Source: Desulfobacterales bacterium
Lineage (GTDB): Bacteria; Desulfobacterota; Desulfobacteria; Desulfobacterales; UBA5616
Reading direction: 5' to 3'
DNA length: 15,270 nucleotides
NCBI GenBank assembly: GCA_046483495.1
Contig: JAWODC010000086.1
Span: 1 to 15,270 of the forward strand
Shown: positions 1 to 7,415 of the stretch, one piece after another
How positions within the stretch are numbered: position 1 is the stretch's first letter
How the letters are laid out: each line of letters opens with the position of its first letter
The notes under the pieces: model-generated
Database searches by the model: none
What the model saw: only the letters and a program-made list of their open reading frames with translations
What the model was told of the DNA's origin: nothing
Made by a program: the position numbers and the translations under genes

Positions 1-404
1 GCTGCGCCGTGAGTCCACTGATCGTAATGCCCTGATTTCAACAAGTAAGTAAAAAGTGCCGTTCGCTTTGCTCCCGGTTTGTTATTTGGTCAAAAGAAGC
101 GGCTCCGCTGTACATGTTTCATTCTACGCCCGCTTCTCATCGAAATCGAAATCGAAATCGGGATCGGGATCGGTTTTTTTTCTTTTTCAAATTTCGATAC
201 CGATACCGATACCGATTTCGATCCCGACACCGAATGCTTTTCTTAAAACAGAACCGATCCGATTTCAGCGCTGTAAACCGTGTAATCCGTGTCTAATTTG
301 TTTTTTTAAAATCAGAACCGATCCTCACCCATAACCCATAACCCATAACCCATAACCCATAACCCATATCCCATATCCCATATCCCATAGCCCATAGCCC
401 ATAA
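1..404 (-). repeat. Modular intergenic repeat element, copy E1 (reverse orientation, cut by the window edge), with an 11-unit CCCATA(A/T/G) heptamer arm
   Basis: 1-260 aligns directly with 14107-14346 (E5) and as reverse complement with E2, E3 and E4. CAGAACCGATCC occurs at 249-260 and 313-324. The array at 328-404 is (CCCATAA)5(CCCATAT)3(CCCATAG)2(CCCATAA). Confidence 0.92.
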
Positions 405-911
405 CCTATTTCGCACAAATCCAAACCTTTATCAAGCCATGATCATCCATTCACCACGGAACGAATTTAGCATTTGCCAATCAGCCGCAATGTGTGATAT
501 CGAGAGTGCGTAACTGTGGAACGGCCTCCTCTGATTTGAAATTGATGTTCAGTGTACATCCGGAAATAGGCAATTTCGCGTGAGTTCAAGGCGGGCGCAA
601 GATCGAAACCGCAGGAATAGTGATCTATTTTGAGGATTTCGATTTTGCGTCCAACGCAGAAATCGCCTGAAAGGGCCATTTATGGATGGGCACTGCTTAA
701 GGCGCGCGGTGTCATACAGAGTGTCATGCAGAACCGCCGGCGCCGGCGCCTTTACCAAATGAATCGATCCGGGTCCGCCGGACGCGGGTTTTCATCCTTT
801 TCCCCGGCTCTTGCTCCGGTATTCTGGTTTTTTAGAATTCGTAAATTCGAAACATATCTATAACGTCCGAAACGTGCATCTTTTCTAAACTTCCGATTGA
901 GGGGGGAGATC

Positions 912-2117
912 ATGCCGATTTACTTGTGGGAAGGCAAAAACAGGCGGAATGAACCGCAAAAAGGAGAAATGGAGGCGGCTTCGGAACAGGCCGTACGGGC
1001 CAACCTGGCGCGATTGCTGATCAAGCCGACGAAAGTCAAGAAAAAGCCGAAGGATCTGTTTGAAAACGTCACCATGCTCCAGCCCAAGGTGAAGACCAAT
1101 GACGTCATCATATTCGCGCGGCAGTTTTCCACGATGATCGATGCGGGGCTGCCCATCCTGCAGTGCCTGGAAATCCTGCATTCCCAGCAGGAAAACAAGA
1201 CCTTTCAAAAAATCATCAAAGAGATCAAGGAATCCGTCGAAGGGGGAGAGACGCTTGCCGATTCCTTGAAAAAATTTCCAAAGGAATTCGACGACCTGTT
1301 CGTCAACATGGTCTCGGCCGGGGAAGCCGGCGGTATCCTGGACACCATTTTAAAGCGGCTGGCGGGTTATCTGGAAAAGTCGGCCAAGCTCAAGAGCAAG
1401 GTCAAAGGGGCCATGGTTTACCCGCTGGTGGTGCTGGGCATTTCCATCCTGGTCACCATCGTCATCCTCGTGTTCGTCATACCGGTGTTTCAGGAAATGT
1501 TTTCGACACTCGGCGGTGAATTGCCCGCGCCCACGCAGTTTGTCGTCAAATTAAGCGAATTTTTCAAGAGCAATATTCTTTATATCATCATCGCTTTGGT
1601 TCTGTTCCTTTATGCGTTCAAACGCTATTACAAAACGGAAAAGGGCCGGGCGACGATCGATCGGATGGTTTTACGGCTGCCGATTTTCGGCATTTTGGTG
1701 CGCAAGGTGGCCGTGGCGAAATTCACCCGGACGATGGGCACCATGCTGACCAGCGGCGTCCCCATTCTCGGGGCCCTGGATATTACCGCCAAGACAGCCG
1801 GCAACAAGACGATCGAATCCGCCATTTACAACGTCCGGTCCGGCATTTCCGAGGGAAAGACCATGGCCGACCCGCTGGCCGAAAGCGAGGTGTTTCCGAC
1901 CATGGTGTGCTCCATGATCGCCGTCGGCGAATCCACCGGGGCCCTCGACACGATGATGATCAAAATCGCCGATTTTTACGATGACGAGGTGGACCAGGCC
2001 GTGGAGAACCTCACCTCGCTGATCGAACCGTTCATGATGGTGTTTTTGGGGGTCGTGGTCGGTGGGTTGTTGATTTCGATGTATTTGCCGATATTTACGA
2101 TGGCGGGGAATCTGTAG
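912..2117 (+). CDS. pilC: Type IV pilus inner-membrane platform protein PilC (GspF/PilC family)
   Basis: Two T2SSF-type repeats (FARQFSTMIDAGLPILQCL; FTRTMGTMLTSGVPIL), motifs AGEAGGILD and VGESTGALD, C-terminal SMYLPIF. ATG 912 follows a GGGGGAG SD and is preferred over the ORF-track start at 897. Confidence 0.95.
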   Translation: MPIYLWEGKNRRNEPQKGEMEAASEQAVRANLARLLIKPTKVKKKPKDLFENVTMLQPKVKTNDVIIFARQFSTMIDAGLPILQCLEILHSQQENKTFQKIIKEIKESVEGGETLADSLKKFPKEFDDLFVNMVSAGEAGGILDTILKRLAGYLEKSAKLKSKVKGAMVYPLVVLGISILVTIVILVFVIPVFQEMFSTLGGELPAPTQFVVKLSEFFKSNILYIIIALVLFLYAFKRYYKTEKGRATIDRMVLRLPIFGILVRKVAVAKFTRTMGTMLTSGVPILGALDITAKTAGNKTIESAIYNVRSGISEGKTMADPLAESEVFPTMVCSMIAVGESTGALDTMMIKIADFYDDEVDQAVENLTSLIEPFMMVFLGVVVGGLLISMYLPIFTMAGNL

Positions 2118-2126
2118 ATAAAAAAC

Positions 2127-2370
2127 GGGTTATGGGTTATGGGCTATAGGTGAGGATCGGTTCTGATTTTATAAAAGCAGTCATGAAAATAAACCAACCG
2201 TAAGCAAAGCGAACGGCACTTTTGTTTACTTGTTGAAAATTAAGTTATTACGATAAATGGACTGGCGGCGCAGCATGTCCCCTTCACCCCTGGAGGGGGA
2301 AGGCCGGGATGGGGGGGATAAAGACCCGATCCACACCCATAACCCATAACCCATAGCCCATAACCCACAA
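2127..2370 (+). repeat. Modular repeat element, copy E2 (internally shortened, 179-bp core 2154-2332) with inverted GGGTTAT / CCCATAA heptamer arms
   Basis: Terminal IRs GGATCGGTTCT (2154-2164) and AGACCCGATCC (2322-2332). The inverted match extends through the arms: 2127-2164 vs 2322-2359, 33/38 by hand alignment. Confidence 0.92.
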
Positions 2371-2377
2371 CCAAAAT

Positions 2378-3688
2378 ATGCCCCCAACAACCCAAATAAA
2401 AGAAAGCGACCTCAGGCAGAAAATGAAATGGCTCATCCTGGGCCGTTTCCTCTTTGCCGTGTTCCTGCTGTGCTCGACCCTCGTCCTGATGTTCGGCAAC
2501 ACCTCGATCGCCCCTTCGGGCGCCCTGTTTTTTCTTTTTATTCTTATCTTTTGCCTGTTTCTGCTCTCCCTGATCTACTATATCCTGCTCAAGCGATGCC
2601 GCTGCGAGAAGCTGTTGGCCTACGTCCAGGTCATTATCGACTCCCTGTTCGTGTCCATGGTCATTCATGTGACCGGCGGATACGCGAGCATATTCCCTTT
2701 TATCTACATGGTGGTAATCGTCTATTCGAGCATTTTGCTCTACCGCAAGGGCAGTTTCCTGATAGCCGCCATCTGCAGCCTTCAATATGCCGCGCTGCTG
2801 CTTTCGGAGTATTTCGGGATTTTCAATGTCGAGATGATCACCCAGGATGTCACGACCGTTGCTTTGGGCATCGAAGAGGTGCTTCAAAAGGTGATGATCA
2901 CCACGGGCGCCTGTTTTGCCGTGGCCTTTTTAAGCAGCATCCTGGCGGAGCAGGCCAAGGCGAGCAAAGACGAACTGACGGCCATGGAGGAGCATGTCAA
3001 ACGGGTGGAAAAAATGGCGTACATGGGGGAAATGGCGGCCCATCTAGCCCATGAAATCAAGAATCCCCTGGCCTCCCTGTCCGGCTCCATTCAACTGCTT
3101 CGCGAGGAGATCACGTACAATTCCGATCATGACAAACTGATGCAGATCGTGCTCAGGGAAACCGACCGCCTCAGCACCCTGGTGACCAATTTTCTGCTGT
3201 TCGCCCGACCCAGGGCCGGACATCCGGAAAACATGGATCTGGAGAAAACGCTCTCGGAGTTCGTCCAATTTTTCAACCGGAACGAATTTTTCACCGGCCG
3301 CATCACCGTCAAAACCCGCCTGACCAGCGGCATTCGCGTTGTCATGGATCCTTTTCACCTGCGGCAGATTCTGCTGAACCTGATGATCAATGCAGCCGAA
3401 GCCATTAATGAAACCGGCGCCGTCGAACTCGCCATGTATCCGGTAAAACCCAATCTCGTCGAGGTTTCCGTCACGGATGACGGGTGCGGCATTCCCGGTG
3501 AACTCCTCAATGCCATTTTCGATCCGTTTTTTACGACAAAAGCGAACGGCACCGGTTTGGGGCTCTCTATCGTTCATACCCTCCTCGAGATGTACGACAG
3601 CCGACTGGACGTGTCCAGCCGGTCCGGGCACGGCACGCAAATTCGTTTCAGGCTGAAGCAGTCCGAGCCCGATGCACGGCCAAGTTAA
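2378..3688 (+). CDS. pilS: Membrane-bound sensor histidine kinase, PilS/NtrB-like
   Basis: About 6 N-terminal hydrophobic segments, H-box AHEIKNPL, N-box QILLNLMINA, G1 DDGCGI, F-box FDPFFTTK, G2 GTGLGL. It lies directly after pilC, as in deltaproteobacterial pilC-pilS loci. Confidence 0.8.
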   Translation: MPPTTQIKESDLRQKMKWLILGRFLFAVFLLCSTLVLMFGNTSIAPSGALFFLFILIFCLFLLSLIYYILLKRCRCEKLLAYVQVIIDSLFVSMVIHVTGGYASIFPFIYMVVIVYSSILLYRKGSFLIAAICSLQYAALLLSEYFGIFNVEMITQDVTTVALGIEEVLQKVMITTGACFAVAFLSSILAEQAKASKDELTAMEEHVKRVEKMAYMGEMAAHLAHEIKNPLASLSGSIQLLREEITYNSDHDKLMQIVLRETDRLSTLVTNFLLFARPRAGHPENMDLEKTLSEFVQFFNRNEFFTGRITVKTRLTSGIRVVMDPFHLRQILLNLMINAAEAINETGAVELAMYPVKPNLVEVSVTDDGCGIPGELLNAIFDPFFTTKANGTGLGLSIVHTLLEMYDSRLDVSSRSGHGTQIRFRLKQSEPDARPS

Positions 3689-3690
3689 TC

Positions 3691-3719
3691 TTGACACCTC
3701 CAGGCAAATACGATAGCAA
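3691..3719 (+). promoter_or_regulatory. Possible sigma70 promoter for the lysS-lolCD-bamA operon
   Basis: Perfect TTGACA at 3691-3696. The hexamer 17 bp downstream is a poor -10 (TAGCAA). Confidence 0.35.
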
Positions 3720-3820
3720 ACATCATTTTATCAGGGGGCTCTTCGGCGCCGTGTATGCCGCCGGCATGCGCGCCCTCAATTGAACGTCCGGCGTGAACAG
3801 TCGGGGAACACGGGTGCATC

Positions 3821-5305
3821 ATGGAAGAAAGCAAGTCCGGTAAGTTTATGGAAAGACGAAATAAAAAGACCGACGAATTGACAGCGCGTGGTGTTCGTCT
3901 TTACCCCAACGACGTTCGCATTACCCATACGGTGCAGGACCTCCGCGATGCAATCGCCCAAACGCCCGACGCCCTTTCCGAGGAATCGCCCGTATTCACC
4001 ATCGCGGGCAGAATGATGGCGGTCAACATGTTCGGAAAGGCGGCGTTCATTCGATTGACCGATCGCGCCGGACAGATTCAGGCCTATATCCGCCGGGATA
4101 AAGTGGGAGCCGACGCGTTCTCCAATTTCAAGCTTTTCGATATAGGGGATTTTGTCAGCGTCAAGGGCGGCCTTTTCACGACAAAGACAGGGGAATGGAC
4201 GGTGCTCGCCCGGGAAATCACGCTTGTGTGCAAATCGGCTCGGCCCCTTCCTGAAAAATTCCACGGCTTGAAGGACCCGGAAAAGCGATACCGGCAGCGT
4301 TATCTCGACCTGATCATGAACCGTGGGGTTCGGGACATATTTTTCAAGCGGAGCAGAACCATACAGGTTGTGCGGGAGTTTCTCCTCGAGCACAACTTTC
4401 TGGAAGTCGAAACACCGATGATGCAGCCGATTCCGGGCGGCGCGGAAGCCGAGCCCTTCACTACCCGTCACAACGCCCTGGGAATGGACCTGTATCTGCG
4501 CATCGCGCCGGAGCTGTACCTCAAGCGCCTTGTGGTGGGCGGATTCGAACGGGTGTTTGAAATCAACCGGAACTTCCGCAATGAAGGCATTTCGACCCAG
4601 CACAACCCGGAGTTTACCATGGCCGAGTTTTACCAGGCATATGCCTCCTACACGGACCTGATGGATCTGACGGAGCGCATGCTGTGCCGGGTGGCCGAAG
4701 ACGTGACCGGCTCCCCCATTGTTTCCTACCAGGGAAACGAGATCGACTTCAGTCAGGCTTTCCGGCGCATGACCCTGGCCTCGGCGCTCGAGACCATCGG
4801 CGGCATCGCCCCGGAGATACAGCAGGACAAGGAAAAGCTGCTTGAATTCGCCGCCGGTAAAGGGGTTAACGTGACCAAAACACGGCGTCTCGGCAAGGTG
4901 ATCACGAAGCTTTTCGACGCCCTGGTCGAGCCCCATCTGATTCAGCCGACGTTTATAACCGAGTACCCTGTGGAGGTTTCGCCGCTTTCACGAAAATGCG
5001 ACGCCGATCCGATGCTGACCGAGCGTTTCGAGCTGTTCGTCGGCGGAAGGGAAATCGCCAACGGGTTTTCCGAGCTCAACGACCCCGAAGATCAGCACCG
5101 GCGCTTCCAGCAGCAGGTCGAAGACAGGGAGGCGGGAGACAAGGAGGCCCATTTCATGGATGCCGACTACATCGAGGCCCTTTCCTACGGTATGCCGCCG
5201 ACGGCCGGCGAGGGCATCGGGATCGACCGGCTGGTTATGCTGCTTACCGATTCGGCTTCGATTCGGGAGGTTATTTTGTTTCCTCACATGAAGCCGAAAG
5301 GGTAA
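3821..5305 (+). CDS. lysS: Lysine--tRNA ligase (class II)
   Basis: OB-fold anticodon domain, RYRQRYLDL, FLEVETPMM, YLRIAPELYLKRLVVGG, motif 2 FRNEGISTQHNPEFT, motif 3 GMPPTAGEGIGIDRL. Confidence 0.98.
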   Translation: MEESKSGKFMERRNKKTDELTARGVRLYPNDVRITHTVQDLRDAIAQTPDALSEESPVFTIAGRMMAVNMFGKAAFIRLTDRAGQIQAYIRRDKVGADAFSNFKLFDIGDFVSVKGGLFTTKTGEWTVLAREITLVCKSARPLPEKFHGLKDPEKRYRQRYLDLIMNRGVRDIFFKRSRTIQVVREFLLEHNFLEVETPMMQPIPGGAEAEPFTTRHNALGMDLYLRIAPELYLKRLVVGGFERVFEINRNFRNEGISTQHNPEFTMAEFYQAYASYTDLMDLTERMLCRVAEDVTGSPIVSYQGNEIDFSQAFRRMTLASALETIGGIAPEIQQDKEKLLEFAAGKGVNVTKTRRLGKVITKLFDALVEPHLIQPTFITEYPVEVSPLSRKCDADPMLTERFELFVGGREIANGFSELNDPEDQHRRFQQQVEDREAGDKEAHFMDADYIEALSYGMPPTAGEGIGIDRLVMLLTDSASIREVILFPHMKPKG

Positions 5306-5308
5306 AAG

Positions 5309-5447
5309 AGTGAACGGTGAACAGTGAACAGTGAACAGTGCCGCTGCGCGGGCTGAAGGCCTTGAACAATGGAAAAAGCACGAAATTCGAAATTCTCTGT
5401 TCACCATTCACCGTTCACCGTTCACTGTTCACCGTTCACTGTTCACT
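5309..5447. repeat. Inverted heptamer arrays (RGTGAAC)4.5 ... (RTTCACY)7 around a 58-bp spacer; arms without an element core
   Basis: AGTGAAC/GGTGAAC units at 5309-5340 and the reverse-complement GTTCACC/T units at 5399-5447. The same heptamer flanks E3, E4 and E5. Confidence 0.93.
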
Positions 5448-5457
5448 ATACAAAAAA

Positions 5458-6699
5458 ATGTCATTCGAATTTTTCATAAGCCGGCGCTACTTAAAATCGC
5501 GCCAGAAACAAACCTTCGTGTCCCTTCTCACGCTGCTTTCGATTGCCGGCGTGGCCATCGGTGTCATGGCGCTGATCGTCGTCATCGCCGTCATGGCGGG
5601 GTTCGAATCCGACATGACCGAACGGATTCTCGGTGTGGAATCGCACATCGTCGTCATGCGCTACGGCGGCGACTTTTCGGGATACGGGGATACGATCGAC
5701 CGCATCCAAAAGACCGAAGGGGTGATATCGGCCACGCCGTTCGTTTACAGCCAGGTCATGCTTCGGACGTCCACCGGGCTTTCCGGCGCTGTACTGCGAG
5801 GCGTGGACCCCCAAAGCGCAGGCAAAGTGATTCGCATTCTGGACCCGTCACTGCTCGAAAAGCTCACGCCCGACGAACCGACCGGCACACCGGAACCCAA
5901 CGGCGAATTGCCCGGGATCATCCTGGGAAAAGAATTGGCCAAAACGCTGGAGGTGAAAACCGGGGATGTCCTTTACGTCATCCTGCCCACGGGCATGATC
6001 AGCCCCATCGGGCATATGCCGGCCATGAAGCGCTTCGACGTCGTGGGGACGTTCGAATCGGGCATTTACGACTACGACGGCGGCATGGTATATGTCCACC
6101 TGAATCAGGCGCAGGACATGCTGAGGATGGATGATACCGTTACCGGCGTGGAGGTGTTCATCGAAGATATTTACAACGCGAGGCAAGTGGCCGACCGAAT
6201 CGAGGCGGCGCTGGGTTTTCCTTATTGGGCGCGGGACTGGACACAAATGAACCAGACCCTGTTTTCTGCCCTGAAGCTGGAAAAAACGGTCATGTTCATT
6301 ATCCTGACCCTCATCGTCCTGGTCGCGGCGTTCAACATCGCTGGAACTTTGATCATGGTAGTCATGGAGAAAACAAAGGACATCGCCATCTTAAAGGCCA
6401 TGGGCGCCACCGGACGGCACATCCGGCGGATATTCGTTTACAAGGGAATGATGATCGGGCTGATCGGCACGGTTATCGGCGAGGTGCTGGGGTACGGCCT
6501 GTGCGGACTGCTGAAGCGCTACAAGTTCATCGAGCTGCCGAGCGACATCTATTATATTTCCACCCTGCCCGTCCGGATCGATCCGCTGGACACGGTGATG
6601 ATCGCTGTCGCCGCGCTCGTCATTTGCTACGCAGCCACCCTGTACCCGGCCCATCATGCCTCGAAATTAAACCCTGTTGAGGCGTTTCGATATGGATAG
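5458..6699 (+). CDS. lolE: Lipoprotein-releasing ABC transporter permease, LolC/LolE family
   Basis: Typical N-terminus MSFEFFISRRYLKS...SIAGVAIGVMALIVVIAVMAGF, FtsX-type C-terminus VAAFNIAGTL...EKTKDIAILKAMGA, ending PVEAFRYG. The ORF-track extension 5338-5457 is translated repeat, so the start is placed at ATG 5458. LolC vs LolE cannot be resolved. Confidence 0.9.
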   Translation: MSFEFFISRRYLKSRQKQTFVSLLTLLSIAGVAIGVMALIVVIAVMAGFESDMTERILGVESHIVVMRYGGDFSGYGDTIDRIQKTEGVISATPFVYSQVMLRTSTGLSGAVLRGVDPQSAGKVIRILDPSLLEKLTPDEPTGTPEPNGELPGIILGKELAKTLEVKTGDVLYVILPTGMISPIGHMPAMKRFDVVGTFESGIYDYDGGMVYVHLNQAQDMLRMDDTVTGVEVFIEDIYNARQVADRIEAALGFPYWARDWTQMNQTLFSALKLEKTVMFIILTLIVLVAAFNIAGTLIMVVMEKTKDIAILKAMGATGRHIRRIFVYKGMMIGLIGTVIGEVLGYGLCGLLKRYKFIELPSDIYYISTLPVRIDPLDTVMIAVAALVICYAATLYPAHHASKLNPVEAFRYG

Positions 6700-7405
6700 C
6701 ACGAGTGCACCGGGGAGTTCCGGCCCGGACGGCCTGTTGAAGGTCCGCGGCCTGTATAAAGCGTTTCACAAGAGCACCCAGACGATCGAAGTGCTCAAGG
6801 AGGCGGATTTCGATCTGAACAAGGGCGAAACCGTTTCCATCATGGGAGCGTCGGGAATCGGCAAGTCCACGCTTCTGCACATCCTGGGTACGCTCGACCG
6901 GCCGGACAAGGGGCGCCTGCTGTTCAACAATGAAAATGTACTGGCGTTTCCGGACGCCAAGCTGGCCGTGTTCAGGAACCAATCCATCGGATTCGTCTTC
7001 CAGTTTCACCATCTGCTGGGTGATTTTACGGCCGTGGAAAACGTTATGATGCCGGCGCTCATCCAGGGAATCGGCCGGACCGACGCCGCCTCCATGGCAG
7101 AGAAAATCCTCGTAAGGGTCGGGCTCAAGGACCGGCTGCACCATCGCATCGGCGAATTGTCCGGCGGCGAGCAGCAGCGCGTGGCCATCGCCCGTGCACT
7201 GGTGTTGAATCCGATCATTCTTCTCGCGGATGAGCCCACCGGTAATCTCGACGTGAAAAACAGCCGCCGCCTTCATGACCTGCTGCTGGCGCTGAATACG
7301 GAGCTGGGCATGGCGCTCGTTATCGTAACGCACAACCCTGAATTGGCTTCATACACATCCAGAAAAATGACCATCATGGAAGGAAACCTGGTGGAATTGA
7401 ATTGA
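6692..7405 (+). CDS. lolD: Lipoprotein-releasing ABC transporter ATP-binding protein LolD
   Basis: Walker A GASGIGKS, GFVFQFHHLL, signature LSGGEQQRVAIARAL, Walker B LLADEPTGNLD, H-loop VTHN. Overlaps the lolC/E stop; GAGG precedes ATG 6692. Confidence 0.93.
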   Translation: MDSTSAPGSSGPDGLLKVRGLYKAFHKSTQTIEVLKEADFDLNKGETVSIMGASGIGKSTLLHILGTLDRPDKGRLLFNNENVLAFPDAKLAVFRNQSIGFVFQFHHLLGDFTAVENVMMPALIQGIGRTDAASMAEKILVRVGLKDRLHHRIGELSGGEQQRVAIARALVLNPIILLADEPTGNLDVKNSRRLHDLLLALNTELGMALVIVTHNPELASYTSRKMTIMEGNLVELN

Positions 7406-7415
7406 GGTGCCGATT

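Noticed and set aside
56..334. ORFs 56-334 and 114-296 (SKSKS, IPIPIP, RNRNR, RYRYR)
   Set aside because: These are translations of the hexamer arrays of E1, and the frames are not conserved between copies.
328..404. CRISPR array or DGR interpretation of the repeats
   Set aside because: Units are 6-9 bp with no unique spacers. No cas or reverse transcriptase gene is present, and I saw no adenine-specific TR/VR pair.
686..704. Sigma54 promoter at TGGGCACTGCTTAAGGC
   Set aside because: The GG-N10-GC spacing is not met.
467..863. Short ORFs 467-679, 549-758 and 630-863
   Set aside because: They overlap each other, have no recognisable motif and no convincing SD.
2149..2337. Target-site duplication around element cores
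   Set aside because: The flanks are inverted (GGTGA / ACACC), not direct repeats, and no duplication is visible at E3-E5 either.
3776..4936. Long antisense ORFs (3776-4936, also 2240-2887, 3044-3697, 6620-7333, 8196-8807, 11103-12032)
   Set aside because: They are shadow frames opposite well-supported genes in GC-rich coding DNA, with no recognisable domains.
5331..5457. N-terminal extension of LolC/E (5338 start) and the overlapping ORF 5331-6134
   Set aside because: The extension is translated heptamer repeat (FTVHRS/C). The family-typical N-terminus begins at ATG 5458.
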